Origin: Actinomycetales bacterium
GTDB lineage: Bacteria > Actinomycetota > Actinomycetes > Actinomycetales > Dermatophilaceae
DNA: 63,956 bases
Assembly (NCBI GenBank): GCA_038199265.1
Contig: JBBPZD010000113.1
Location: 1-63,956, forward strand
Reading direction: 5' to 3'
In this document: positions 1-9,823 of the stretch, one piece after another
Layout of the letters: each line of letters opens with the position of its first letter
How positions within the stretch are numbered: the stretch's first letter is position 1
Notes under the pieces: model-generated
The model's database searches: none
What the model was told of the DNA's origin: nothing
Seen by the model: the letters and a program-made list of their open reading frames with translations, nothing else
Program-made: the position numbers and the translations under genes

Positions 1-180
1 GAGGTGCTCACGCTGATCGACAGTCATCAACTGTTCGGTTTAGGCATCGGGTATGTCGACGCACACCTGCTGGCCGCAACAATGCTCACTGCTAACGCCC
101 GGCTGTGGACACGAGATACACGACTCGCGGCAGTTGCTGCGCAGCACGGACTGGCCGGCGACGACGGCAAACAGTCCTGA
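1..180 (+). CDS. vapC: 3' end of PIN-domain (VapC-like) ribonuclease, truncated by window edge
   Basis: Frame 1 reads EVLTLIDSHQLFGLGIGYVDAHLLAATMLTANARLWTRDTRLAAVA...*, matching the PIN C-terminal motif 'GIGYVDAHLL..LWTRD'. Not in the ORF track. Confidence 0.8.
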   Translation, partial: EVLTLIDSHQLFGLGIGYVDAHLLAATMLTANARLWTRDTRLAAVAAQHGLAGDDGKQS

Positions 181-376
181 GCAGGACACCCCGTACGAGG
201 CCACGTCTGGGTGCTACTCGTGTGGCAGCGACGAGATGAGCCGGAGACGCATAGCAACGAGGTCGTTCAGCTTTTATAACACGGCCTCTGACGAAGGAGC
301 GATCCGCGCGGTACCTCCCGCGATGTTCCGGAGGAATGCCGGGCTGAACCCTGCCCGGGTGGAAGCTGGTGGCCTT

Positions 377-796
377 CTACGACGGGTTTGACAGGTCGAT
401 CACAACGAGCGCGGACTCCAGGCCAGTGAAGTCCTTGGCGTTTCGGGTCAGCAGGGTCAAGCCGTGCCGTGCTGCGACCGCAGCAATCTGCAGATCCATA
501 CGGCGTAGCCGAGGGCTACGGCCATGGTTGCGCACGAGGGCTGCTAGGGCTCCGTAGTACTCGGCAGTGGTCACATCGAACGGGAGTACCTCGAACTGGT
601 CCAAGATTGCCTGGACGCGCTGGCGTCGGTACATCTGGGTGAGGGGATCGGCTGCGGCGGTGATCCCGTAGTGCAGTTCGGCGATGGTCACCGCCGACAC
701 CGCGACCTCTTCGGCGACCTCGGCGACCCGCGCGGATGGGAAGTCGATCACGACCGAGGTGTCCAGAAGGGCACGACGCGTCGGGATTGTGGTCAA
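377..796 (-). CDS. vapC: VapC family PIN-domain toxin
   Basis: LLDTSVVI, SAVTIAEL, MDLQIAAVA and LLTRNAKDF PIN motifs, with acidic active-site residues intact. Confidence 0.9.
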   Translation of the reverse strand: MTTIPTRRALLDTSVVIDFPSARVAEVAEEVAVSAVTIAELHYGITAAADPLTQMYRRQRVQAILDQFEVLPFDVTTAEYYGALAALVRNHGRSPRLRRMDLQIAAVAARHGLTLLTRNAKDFTGLESALVVIDLSNPS

Positions 797-995
797 CGTA
801 AGCGTCGATCCAAGGGGTCGGTCGGCTCGTCCAGGCCGAAGATCTCATCGGCAGCGGCCTGGTCGGCCCGCCACGTTGTCGGCTCGGGGGTCGGGGCGGC
901 GGCGAATGCTTCGCTCAGGTCGGTAACCGGCACAAACTGACGTCTGCCGGTGTCGCGATGGTGTGGCACCACGTCGGCGCCGGACGACCGTCACG
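793..995 (-). pseudogene. Truncated and frameshifted Phd/YefM-type antitoxin remnant
   Basis: Minus strand reads RDGRP / (frameshift) ADVVPHHRDTGRRQFVPVTDLSEAF...RRLR*. Its stop overlaps the vapC start (TTGA), and there is no room for an N-terminus before the deaD stop at 1012. Confidence 0.6.
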
Positions 996-1011
996 ACGCA
1001 GACCGGCCCGG

Positions 1012-2811
1012 TCAGCCCTTCTGACGGGGCGTGCGAACCGCCCGGTCCTCGGAGAACTCCGTTGACCCCCGCGTGCCGTCTTCCTTGGCCAGGTCGATCA
1101 ACCTGCCCGAGATGCGGGTGGTGCGCAGCTTGGCCCAGACCTCGGGGGCCAGGTCGGTCGGCAGCTCGACGAGCGAAAAGTTGGGCAGGATCGTGATGAC
1201 GCCGAAGTCGCTGCGGCTCAGGCCGCCCTCGTTGGCGATGGCGCCGACGATCTGGCGCGGCTCCACCTTGTGCCGCTTGCCGACGTTGATCCGGTAGCTC
1301 GCGAACGTCACGTGGCTAGGCCTGACCCGGCGTTCGTGCTTGGCGCCGCGCTCGGGCCGGTCGCCGTGCTCCGCGCGATCGCCCCAGCTGGGCTTGGTGC
1401 CGGCGCCGCGGTCGGGCCGCTCGGCACGGACCGGTCGCTCGGTGCGCCGCGACTTCTCGGCGGCCGGGTCAAGCAGCAGCGGCTCGTTGCCCTGGGCCAC
1501 CACGGCCAGTGCGGCGGCCACGTCGACCTCGGGCACGTCGTGCTCGCGGACGTAGTGGGCCACGATCTCGCGGAAGCCCTCGATCCGGCCCGTCGCCTGC
1601 AGCGCCTCGGTGATCTGGTCGTCGAAGCGGGCCAGACGCGTGGTGTTGACGTCCTCGACGCTGGGCCAGGTCATCTGGGTCAGCGGCTGGCGGGTGGCCT
1701 TCTCGATGTGCTTGAGCAGATACCTCTCCCGCGGGGTGACGAACGAGATCGCGTCGCCACTGCGCCCGGCCCGACCGGTGCGGCCGATGCGGTGCACGTA
1801 GGACTCGGGGTCGGTCGGGATGTCGTAGTTCACCACGTGGCTGATCCGCTCCACGTCGAGGCCGCGGGCCGCCACGTCGGTGGCCACCAGGATGTCGAGG
1901 GCGCCGGACTTGAGCTGGTCCACGGTCCGCTCTCGGACGTTCTGGGCCACGTCACCGTTGATCGCCGTGGCCGAGAATCCCCGGGCCCGCAGCTTCTCGG
2001 CCAGGGTCTCGGTTTCGTTCTTGGTGCGGACGAAGACGATCATGCCCTCAAAGTTCTCGACCTCGAGGATCCGGGTCAGAGCGTCAACCTTCTGCGGATA
2101 GCTGACCGTGAGGTAGCGCTGGGTGATGTTGGCCGCCGTGGACGTCTTGCCCTTGACGGTGATCTCGACGGGGTCGTTGAGGTACTTCTTCGACAGCCGG
2201 CGGATCTGGGCCGGCATGGTGGCCGAGAACAGCGCGACGTTCTTGTCGCTGGGGGTGTCAGCCAGGATTGTCTCGACGTCCTCGGCGAAGCCCATTTTGA
2301 GCATCTCGTCGGCCTCGTCGAGGACCAGGAAGCGCAGCTGGGTCAGGTCGAGAGTGCCCTTGTCGAGGTGGTCCATGATGCGGCCGGGGGTACCGACGAC
2401 CACATGGACTCCGCGGCGCAACGCGGAGAGTTGTACGCCGTACCCCTGGCCGCCGTAGACGGGCAGGACCTTGACGCCCTTGAGGTGGGCGGCGTACTTC
2501 TCGAAGGCCTCGCACACCTGCAGTGCGAGCTCGCGCGTCGGGGCGAGAACAAGCGCCTGCGGCGTCTTCTGCGTCAGATCCAGGCGGGACAGGATCGGCA
2601 GCGCGAACGCCGCCGTCTTGCCGGTACCGGTCTGCGCGACGCCGACGACGTCACGGCCCTCGAGCAGCGGCGGGATGGTCGCGGCCTGCACCGCCGACGG
2701 AGTCTCATAGCCCACGTCGCGTAGCACGGCCTGCACCTTCTCGGGCAACCCGAGCTCGGCGAAGGTCGGCATCTCGCGCGCCGCCGGGGCCCCGTTCGCT
2801 ACATCACTCAC
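1012..2811 (-). CDS. deaD: DEAD-box RNA helicase DeaD/CsdA with DbpA RNA-binding domain
   Basis: AQTGTGKT, PTRELA, DEAD, SAT, ARGLD and HRIGRTGR motifs; C-terminal 'YRINVGKRHKVEPRQIVGAIANE'. Probable GTG start at 2811. Confidence 0.92.
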   Translation of the reverse strand: MSDVANGAPAAREMPTFAELGLPEKVQAVLRDVGYETPSAVQAATIPPLLEGRDVVGVAQTGTGKTAAFALPILSRLDLTQKTPQALVLAPTRELALQVCEAFEKYAAHLKGVKVLPVYGGQGYGVQLSALRRGVHVVVGTPGRIMDHLDKGTLDLTQLRFLVLDEADEMLKMGFAEDVETILADTPSDKNVALFSATMPAQIRRLSKKYLNDPVEITVKGKTSTAANITQRYLTVSYPQKVDALTRILEVENFEGMIVFVRTKNETETLAEKLRARGFSATAINGDVAQNVRERTVDQLKSGALDILVATDVAARGLDVERISHVVNYDIPTDPESYVHRIGRTGRAGRSGDAISFVTPRERYLLKHIEKATRQPLTQMTWPSVEDVNTTRLARFDDQITEALQATGRIEGFREIVAHYVREHDVPEVDVAAALAVVAQGNEPLLLDPAAEKSRRTERPVRAERPDRGAGTKPSWGDRAEHGDRPERGAKHERRVRPSHVTFASYRINVGKRHKVEPRQIVGAIANEGGLSRSDFGVITILPNFSLVELPTDLAPEVWAKLRTTRISGRLIDLAKEDGTRGSTEFSEDRAVRTPRQKG

Positions 2812-2936
2812 CTGACAACGGTAGTGGGTGAAACACCTGGCCCCGTTTCCACCCACCGCGAGGTGTGGAACGACGAGGTCGCGGACGGCCGCTCACGTGG
2901 CGCAGCACTTACTCAAAGTGACTTGACCGGCCCGGC

Positions 2937-3518
2937 TCACGAGACGCCGGGCTGCCAGGCGCGAGCTATGTCCGCCAGTCGTTTTCTGGCCGCTCGGAGT
3001 CGCTCTCTGGGCTCGGCGACTTTCGCCAGGTTCAGCGGTGGCCGAAGTTCGCGAACCACTGCCGTCTCGATGGCGTCGAGATTCTCTCCCTCAAACTTGG
3101 CCCACGTAGCCAGCGAGAGTCGCTGCTGCATCCAATCGCTCAACCGCGCCTCGCTGGGCGGGTCGAGGGCGAAGTTGGCGCCGCCGTCGGGCTTGGCGAT
3201 GTTGCGCGGTATGGGAACCAGCACGAGCTCTGCCGCCAGCAACCCGGCGAGGCTGCGCCGAACGGTAGACGAACCGGTCTTCCCCGCCGCGAAGTGCGTG
3301 CGGACGTCTCGCCCGTGGAGAGTTCTCTCCGCTTTGCCAACGTAAAGTGGCTGACCCTCGAACGCGGGAGCGAGGCCGAGCGAGGACCAGGTTGGTTCGT
3401 CGCCGTAGAACGCGTAGAGACCGGGCTCGTCTGGCACAACCCGAACAGCGACGTCGTACCCGTGTCGTACGCCGGCCAGCGATTGAAGCGCGGCGGCAAC
3501 AGTCGCGTCGCTGGTCAT
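2937..3518 (-). CDS. GIY-YIG nuclease family protein
   Basis: PGLYAFY...LYVGKA...R...E...PPLN pattern. Confidence 0.75.
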   Translation of the reverse strand: MTSDATVAAALQSLAGVRHGYDVAVRVVPDEPGLYAFYGDEPTWSSLGLAPAFEGQPLYVGKAERTLHGRDVRTHFAAGKTGSSTVRRSLAGLLAAELVLVPIPRNIAKPDGGANFALDPPSEARLSDWMQQRLSLATWAKFEGENLDAIETAVVRELRPPLNLAKVAEPRERLRAARKRLADIARAWQPGVS

Positions 3519-3752
3519 GCTTCATACTGTCGCAATCAGGACTCGGACGCGCCTGTCTGCCTCAGACCCACCGGGTCTGGCACGGCTATCCGCCGCCGGA
3601 GGGTCACTCCACTCGCTGCTTCAACTGGTAGAACCGAGCCCAGAAAATGCCGTCTCAAACAGCGCGATCAGACCCCTGCCGCTGATCTTCTTGCGGGCTG
3701 TGTGCGGACTGGGAGGGCCTATACCCCTTCTGAACTGGGCAAAGGCGCCGAT

Positions 3753-4832
3753 TCAGACGTTGAAGCGGAACTCGACCACGTCGCCGTCAGCCATGACGTA
3801 GTCCTTGCCTTCCATGCGGGCCTTACCGTGCGAGCGGCATTCGGCGATCGAGCGCAGCTCGACCATGTCCTCGAACGAGATGACCTCGGCCTTGATGAAA
3901 CCCTTTTGGAAATCGGTGTGGATGACGCCCGCAGCCTGCGGGGCGGTCGCGCCAACGGGAATGGTCCAGGCGCGGGTCTCCTTGGGGCCGGCCGTCAGGT
4001 AGGTCTGTAGGCCGAGGGTGTGGAAACCCTTGTGCGCCAACTGATCCAATCCACGCTCGGTGATGCCGACCGTCTCCAGCAGCTCGGCGGCTTCGTCGTC
4101 CTCCAGTTCAGCTACCTCCATCTCCAGCTTCGCGTTCAGGAAGATCGCCTCGGCAGGCGAGACCAGTTCCTGCATCGATGCCTGGAAGTCGGTGTCGGTC
4201 AGCTGGTCCTCGTCCACGTTGAAGACGTAAAGGAACGGCTTGGCCGTCAGCAGCCCCAGTTCACGGATCGAGGCCAGGTCGAGCTTGGCGCGCTGGGAGA
4301 ACAGCGTGGCTCCGGTATCGAGCACGTCCTTCGCGTCCACCGCAGCGTCGAGCACAGACTTCTCGACCTTCTTGCCCTTGACCTCCTTCTCCAACCGCGG
4401 GATCGCGCGGTCAAGGGTCTCGAGGTCGGCGAGGATCAGCTCGGTCTCGATGATCTCCTTGTCTCGCACCGGCGAGATCGACCCGTCGACGTGCACCACG
4501 TCGTCATCGTCGAACGCACGGATGACCTGGCAGATCGCGTCGGCCTCACGAATATTGGCGAGGAACTTGTTGCCGAGGCCCTCTCCTTCCGAGGCTCCCT
4601 TGACGATCCCCGCGATGTCGACGAACGACACCGTCGCCGGGATGATCGCCTTGCTGCCGAACACCTCCGCGAGCGCCGCGAGGCGCGAATCGGGCAAGGG
4701 GACGACACCGACATTCGGCTCGATAGTCGCAAAAGGATAGTTCGCCGCGAGCACATTGTTCTTGGTCAGCGCGTTGAACATGGAGGACTTGCCGACGTTG
4801 GGCAGTCCGACGATTCCGATGGTGAGGGCCAC
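3753..4832 (-). CDS. ychF: Redox-regulated ATPase YchF
   Basis: [30 protein letters not shown] and [19 protein letters not shown]. Confidence 0.97.
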   Translation of the reverse strand: MALTIGIVGLPNVGKSSMFNALTKNNVLAANYPFATIEPNVGVVPLPDSRLAALAEVFGSKAIIPATVSFVDIAGIVKGASEGEGLGNKFLANIREADAICQVIRAFDDDDVVHVDGSISPVRDKEIIETELILADLETLDRAIPRLEKEVKGKKVEKSVLDAAVDAKDVLDTGATLFSQRAKLDLASIRELGLLTAKPFLYVFNVDEDQLTDTDFQASMQELVSPAEAIFLNAKLEMEVAELEDDEAAELLETVGITERGLDQLAHKGFHTLGLQTYLTAGPKETRAWTIPVGATAPQAAGVIHTDFQKGFIKAEVISFEDMVELRSIAECRSHGKARMEGKDYVMADGDVVEFRFNV

Positions 4833-4863
4833 GAGGTCAAGAGGTTACGCGGTCGCGCGCAGC

Positions 4864-4889
4864 GCATCCATTCGGCGTTTCGCTCCGAA
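4864..4889 (+). promoter_or_regulatory. SigK-dependent promoter, probably leaderless transcript
   Basis: GCATCC-N15-CCGAA, 8 nt before ATG 4898; matches the mycobacterial SigK consensus CCATCC-N15-CCGAA. Confidence 0.75.
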
Positions 4890-4897
4890 TATCACCT

Positions 4898-6604
4898 ATG
4901 AGTCAATTCCTCGACCGCCTCCGGGCCGCGATTACCCAGAAGCAGTCTCGAAGGGACGCCTGCGACGATGCTTCAGCTGAGTCTGAGCCCCGGTCCCGTC
5001 TGCAGCGGGTCCTGCATCCTGACAACCCCGAAGGCATGGTCACCCGCTGGCGGGCTGTCCTGATCGGCATCCTCGCAGCCGGGCTCGGGATGGCGATCGG
5101 CCACCTGGTTGCGTCCTTCAAACGGGCATCGGCCTCCCCCGTCCTCGCGATCGGCAATGCGGTCATCGACCGCACCCCGACTGCCTTGAAGGACTTCGCG
5201 ATCAAGCAGTTCGGCACCAACGACAAGCTGGTGCTGCTCGTGTCGGTATCGGCTGGAGCACTCGTACTCGCTGGCCTTGCTGGTCTCTTGGCAAGAAGGA
5301 TCTTCCTCGCGGGTCTCGGACTGGAGCTCCTCTTGGTCGCCATCGCCGGTTTCGCCGCGATGACCCGCCCTGCTGCCGTCGGCTCCGACATCGTCCCAAC
5401 CATCGCCACTGCCATCGTGGGCACCCTCACCCTGTTCGGACTCTTCTGGCTTTCCGGCGACAGCTTCACCCGCGACCTGGTCAACCAGGTGCTTCCATCC
5501 AAGGCAGCGGGCGATCCGCCGCGGTTCGCTGCGACTCGCCGCCTGTTCCTCGCGGGGGCCGGCGCCGTAGCCGGCGTCGCTGTCCTCAGCGCGGCCGTCG
5601 GGCAGAAGCTGGGTGCTGTCAAGAGCACTGCGAAGCTCGCGCTGCCGACCGCGAAGAAAAAGGCCGCCGCAATCCCTGCCGGCCTGACCGCCCAGTACCC
5701 CGCAATTACCCCGCTGCGCACGCCCAACGAGAAGTTCTACCGCGTCGACACCTCATTGGCGGTCCCCAACGTCGATCGTGACTCGTGGAAGCTCGAGATC
5801 GACGGCGGCGCAGGTGGCAAGAAGCTCTCGCTCAGCTACAAGGACATCGCCGCGATGGATCTCATCGAACGCAACATCTCCCTCACCTGCATCAGCAACG
5901 AGCCCGGCGGCAGCTACGCCGGTGGGGCAACCTGGCTCGGAGTGCGGACCCGCGACCTGCTCGAAATGGCCGGAGTCAAAGACGTCGGCAAAGGCAAACA
6001 GGTCTACAGCGAATCCTCTGAAGGCTTCTCCATCAGCACCCCGCTCGGCGCGATGATGGACGACCGCGATGCGCTGCTCGCCATCGGAATGAACGGCACC
6101 GCGCTGCCGCGAGCCCACGGATTCCCTGCGCGCCTGGTCACCCCGGGCCTCTACGGAATGCTCGGTTGCACCAAATGGGTCACGAAGATGACCGTGACGG
6201 ATTACGACCAGAAGAAGGCGTACTGGACCCAGCGCAAATGGACCACCGACGGTCCGATCAAGCCATCGGCGCGCATCGACACACCCAAGGACTTCGGCAC
6301 GGCGCAGAAGACCCAGGACGGCAAGACGGTGATCGGCGGTGTCGCCTGGGCTCAACGTCAAGGTGTCGTGAAGGTCCAGGTCAGCATCGACGAAGGTGCC
6401 TGGAAAGACGCAACCATGGGCCCGGACGTCGGCGTCGACTACTGGCGCCAGTGGGTCTACCTGTGGGACACCAAGGCCAAAGGCCAGCACCAGGTGCGCG
6501 CCCGCGTCGTGTTCGGAGACGACAAATTGCAGTCCACGACGCGCAAAGACGTATTCCCCGACGGCTCCAGCGGCATCGTCAACCTGTTCTTCTCCGTCGA
6601 GTAA
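4898..6604 (+). CDS. Membrane-anchored molybdopterin oxidoreductase (sulfite oxidase/MsrP-like)
   Basis: N-terminal TM helices, internal TRRLFL, FYRVDT, Mo-ligand LTCISN, HGFPARL and KWV. Confidence 0.88.
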   Translation: MSQFLDRLRAAITQKQSRRDACDDASAESEPRSRLQRVLHPDNPEGMVTRWRAVLIGILAAGLGMAIGHLVASFKRASASPVLAIGNAVIDRTPTALKDFAIKQFGTNDKLVLLVSVSAGALVLAGLAGLLARRIFLAGLGLELLLVAIAGFAAMTRPAAVGSDIVPTIATAIVGTLTLFGLFWLSGDSFTRDLVNQVLPSKAAGDPPRFAATRRLFLAGAGAVAGVAVLSAAVGQKLGAVKSTAKLALPTAKKKAAAIPAGLTAQYPAITPLRTPNEKFYRVDTSLAVPNVDRDSWKLEIDGGAGGKKLSLSYKDIAAMDLIERNISLTCISNEPGGSYAGGATWLGVRTRDLLEMAGVKDVGKGKQVYSESSEGFSISTPLGAMMDDRDALLAIGMNGTALPRAHGFPARLVTPGLYGMLGCTKWVTKMTVTDYDQKKAYWTQRKWTTDGPIKPSARIDTPKDFGTAQKTQDGKTVIGGVAWAQRQGVVKVQVSIDEGAWKDATMGPDVGVDYWRQWVYLWDTKAKGQHQVRARVVFGDDKLQSTTRKDVFPDGSSGIVNLFFSVE

Positions 6605-6622
6605 AAATGTTTCACCAGAAGC

Positions 6623-6648
6623 CAATCCGGCGTCTGGCGGACTCCGAA
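6623..6648 (+). promoter_or_regulatory. SigK-dependent promoter
   Basis: CAATCC-N15-CCGAA upstream of the fasciclin gene; same spacing as the 4864-4889 copy. Confidence 0.75.
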
Positions 6649-6713
6649 TGACTCATGTACTTCAGCACAAAGCCTCGCTCACAGCAGCGTGAACCAAACC
6701 AAGGAGATTTCCC

Positions 6714-7385
6714 ATGAAGACTCGCACCCTGACCTCCGCCGCAGCACTCACCGCGGTCGGCGCCGTAGCCCTCACCGCCTGTGGTGGCAGCAGCAGCGGT
6801 GGTAGCTCCAGCAAGGCAGCAGCTCCCGCGGCCTCGTCCTCGTCCAGCGCACCGGCCACCTCGAGCTCTTCGGCTCCGGCCACGAGCTCCTCAGCTGCCG
6901 ACGCCGCCAAGCCGTTCGGCCCCGGCTGCTCCGCAGTCCCCAAGACCGGTAAGGGTTCCTTCGGTGGCATGACCGAGGACACCGTCGCCACGGCAGCATC
7001 GAACAACCCGCTGCTCTCGACCCTGGTCACCGCCGTCAAGAAGGCCGGCCTGGTCGACACCTTGAACAACGCTCCCGAACTGACCGTCTTCGCGCCGACC
7101 AACGACGCGTTCGCCAAGCTCCCCAAGGCCACGCTGGACAAGGTCCTCGCTGACAAGAAGTTGCTCACCACCATCTTGACCAACCACGTCGTCGGCAAGC
7201 GCCTCACCCCGGAGCAGATCGTCGGCTCGCACGACACCCTGGCCAAGACCAAGGTCACCGTCAACGGCACCATTCCCAACCTGACGGTCAAGGGTGGCGC
7301 AGAGGCCAAGGTCATCTGTGGGAACGTCCAGACCAAAAACGCCAACGTCTACATCGTCGACTCGGTGCTCGTTCCGGCCAGCTGA
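6714..7385 (+). CDS. Fasciclin-domain lipoprotein (MPT83/MPT70-like)
   Basis: Lipobox LTAC, Ser/Ala linker, GPGC, TVFAPTNDAF and CGNVQTKNANVYIVDSVL; RBS AAGGAG. Confidence 0.92.
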   Translation: MKTRTLTSAAALTAVGAVALTACGGSSSGGSSSKAAAPAASSSSSAPATSSSSAPATSSSAADAAKPFGPGCSAVPKTGKGSFGGMTEDTVATAASNNPLLSTLVTAVKKAGLVDTLNNAPELTVFAPTNDAFAKLPKATLDKVLADKKLLTTILTNHVVGKRLTPEQIVGSHDTLAKTKVTVNGTIPNLTVKGGAEAKVICGNVQTKNANVYIVDSVLVPAS

Positions 7386-7447
7386 TCAACCTCAGTCAGG
7401 ACCGAAGCGTGACGTCGGTAACGCTCACATGGGGTTCATCCGTCAGG

Positions 7448-8047
7448 ATGGACCCCATGTCGGGTGCATTGCGGAGCGTGGACGCAGGAGTGTCGGACTC
7501 CACGCCGCAACTGGCTGACCTTCTCCAGGCAGCGGGTCGTGGCGATCAGGACTCCTTCGCCCGCCTGTACGACGCGACCAGTTCCCGCATCAACGGTTTG
7601 GTCGTCCGCTTGATTGTTGACCGTGCGCAGGCCGAAGAGATCACTCAAGAGGTATTCCTCGAGATCTGGCGCACCAGCCCCAAGTTCGACCCGGCGCGTG
7701 GTTCAGCCCTCAGTTGGATGTTCACCCTCGCCCACCGGCGGTCGGTGGATCGGGTGCGATCTGCGCAGGCCAGCCGGCGCAGGGATACCACGCACGCAAG
7801 GGAGTCGCAGGAAACCTCCTACGACTCCACCGTCGACCAGGTCACTGCACAGCTGGACGCAGACCGAGTGCGAGTAGCGATGAAGACGCTGGGAGACAAT
7901 CAACGGCAGGCGCTCAGCCTGGTGTATTTCGAAGGTCATACGCATGCGGAGGTCGCCGAACGACTCGGCATCCCGCTAGGAACAGCGAAGACACGCATCA
8001 GAGACGGACTACTGCGGCTGCGCACCGCGATGGGAGGCACATCGTGA
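7448..8047 (+). CDS. sigK: ECF sigma factor SigK
   Basis: ECF regions (AEEITQEVFLEIWR, HRRSVDRVR, PLGTAKTRIRDGL); fasciclin and rskA context. Confidence 0.88.
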   Translation: MDPMSGALRSVDAGVSDSTPQLADLLQAAGRGDQDSFARLYDATSSRINGLVVRLIVDRAQAEEITQEVFLEIWRTSPKFDPARGSALSWMFTLAHRRSVDRVRSAQASRRRDTTHARESQETSYDSTVDQVTAQLDADRVRVAMKTLGDNQRQALSLVYFEGHTHAEVAERLGIPLGTAKTRIRDGLLRLRTAMGGTS

Positions 8048-8751
8048 ACACCACCCATATCGACACCGCCGGATATGCGCTGCACGCCGTCGATGAACTG
8101 GAAAGGGCCCGCGCCGAAAAGCACCTGCGGGACTGTGAGCAATGCCGCGAGGAGGTGGCCGAGATGCAGGAGATCACCGCCATGCTTGCGATGGACACTC
8201 CGGAGGTCACTCCTTCAGCTGGCTTACGCGCCAATCTGCTCGATCAGATCCAGGTGACACCCCAAGAGTCGCCTGCCCCGGTCGCGTCTGCGACACGGCC
8301 CGCCTCGACAGGCCGCTCACGCCGCGCCGTGCTGGCAATGGTCGCGGCCGCCGCCGTCGTCGTCGGCGGGGTGGGAGTCGCGAAGGTCGCTCCGTGGTCG
8401 GACTCACCCTCTGGAGTGACCAACGCGGAAGCTCGCATCTCCAAGGCACCTGACGTCGTGCGCAGGACGGCTTCCTTCCGTGGCGGGACCGTTACGGTCG
8501 TGATGTCCCGGTCGTTGAATCAAGCGGTCGCGAAGCTCGACAAGGTTGCCGCTGCGGGCGGAGCGTCGAGCTACCAGGGCTGGTACATCAAGTCTGACGG
8601 GCCGACCAGTGCCGGGGTGCTCGGGACCGACGGCAGCACGACACTCGTTCCGAAGCTCCAGGGAGCCAGCGAGTTCGATATCACTGTCGAACCCAAGGGT
8701 GGCTCCACAGTGCCGACCACCACCCCGATCCTGGCTATCCCAATGATCTGA
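8044..8751 (+). CDS. rskA: Anti-sigma K factor RskA
   Basis: GTGA overlap with sigK; ZAS motif HLRDCEQC, one TM helix, C-terminal 'ITVEPKGGS..PT'. Confidence 0.85.
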   Translation: MNTTHIDTAGYALHAVDELERARAEKHLRDCEQCREEVAEMQEITAMLAMDTPEVTPSAGLRANLLDQIQVTPQESPAPVASATRPASTGRSRRAVLAMVAAAAVVVGGVGVAKVAPWSDSPSGVTNAEARISKAPDVVRRTASFRGGTVTVVMSRSLNQAVAKLDKVAAAGGASSYQGWYIKSDGPTSAGVLGTDGSTTLVPKLQGASEFDITVEPKGGSTVPTTTPILAIPMI

Positions 8752-8808
8752 CCTGAACTGATCTGTCCAGTTCACCTCAGCTGCGCCGTCTCTACCTAAG
8801 TTGGCCGG

Positions 8809-9768
8809 ATGCTCGTTCACCTGAGTCTGAATGTCCCGTCTGACCTCAGCTCGGCGGTCATTGACGAGCTGATCGACAACACCGCCGTCACGAATGTCAG
8901 CGTGATCCACGCTGCCTCGCTGCGCCCTGTCGGTGATCTCATCTATGCCGATGTAGCGAAGGAGACCGCGAGCGAACTGCTGAGTTGCCTGGAGAGGTTG
9001 GGGCTGGCCGAACACGGGGGGATCACGCTCGTAGAGCCCGCCGGTGCACCGTTCCAAGCGGCAAAGGACATTGACCGCGCCGCAGTCGGTGATCCTGATG
9101 ACGCCGTCGTGTGGGACATCCTGGTGGAACAAGCCAGTGATGCTGCACGACCGACACTGAGCTATCTCACCTTCCTGGTGCTGGCGGTAGCGCTCGCGGC
9201 AGTCGCGGTGATCACCGATTCCTCGATCCTGGTCGTGGGCGCGATGGTCATCGGGCCGGAGTTCGCGACGGTGGCAGCCATTTGCACCGGGTTCGCACTG
9301 CGTGACTTCTCCGTCGCCCGGCGCAGCATCGCGGTTCTGTTCGCGAGCTTCGTCTTTGCAGCGCTCGTCGTTGCGATCATCGCACTGGCCATCCGTGGCG
9401 TGGGTCTGCTGGAACCCGATGCGGTCACGCGCCCACGCCCGCAGACCCAATTCATCTGGCAGCCGACGTTCTGGTCCTTCGTGGTCGCGCTACTCGCCGG
9501 TGCTGCCGGGGTCCTCGCCGTTTCGGTGCAGAAAGCCCAAGCAATGGTGGGGGTCTTCATCTCGGTCACGACCGTGCCCGCCGCCGGCAGTTTCGCTCTC
9601 GCACTCGGCTTGTGGGTGCCGAGCGAGATGGGAGGCGCAGCAGCTCAACTCGGTCTGAATCTCGTGGGCATGATCACAGCGGGAACACTCACCCTCCTCG
9701 TCCAGAGATACGCGTGGCACCACGTGCAAAAGGCAGTCAAACCGGTACTGCGCCGAAGCAGCGCCTGA
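8809..9768 (+). CDS. DUF389 membrane protein
   Basis: DSSILVVGAMVIGPEF and VGVFISVTTVPAA motifs; multi-TM. Confidence 0.85.
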   Translation: MLVHLSLNVPSDLSSAVIDELIDNTAVTNVSVIHAASLRPVGDLIYADVAKETASELLSCLERLGLAEHGGITLVEPAGAPFQAAKDIDRAAVGDPDDAVVWDILVEQASDAARPTLSYLTFLVLAVALAAVAVITDSSILVVGAMVIGPEFATVAAICTGFALRDFSVARRSIAVLFASFVFAALVVAIIALAIRGVGLLEPDAVTRPRPQTQFIWQPTFWSFVVALLAGAAGVLAVSVQKAQAMVGVFISVTTVPAAGSFALALGLWVPSEMGGAAAQLGLNLVGMITAGTLTLLVQRYAWHHVQKAVKPVLRRSSA

Positions 9769-9823
9769 TCCTCCTGAGCCTGTCGGATACTCGACTGTCA
9801 GTGGTCGATGTGAAGCTTCCCCG

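Noticed and set aside
1270-2724. Long antisense ORFs (also 11044-12144, 28922-29836, 57901-58884 and others)
   Set aside because: These are shadow ORFs opposite well-supported genes, expected from GC-rich codon bias. No motifs were recognised.
6780-6900. Low-complexity repeats (AGC/TCC runs)
   Set aside because: They encode the Ser/Ala linker of the fasciclin lipoprotein and are not an independent repeat element.
7714-8043. Long N-terminal extension of RskA
   Set aside because: It overlaps sigK out of frame. The GTG at 8044 overlaps the sigK stop and gives a normal RskA.
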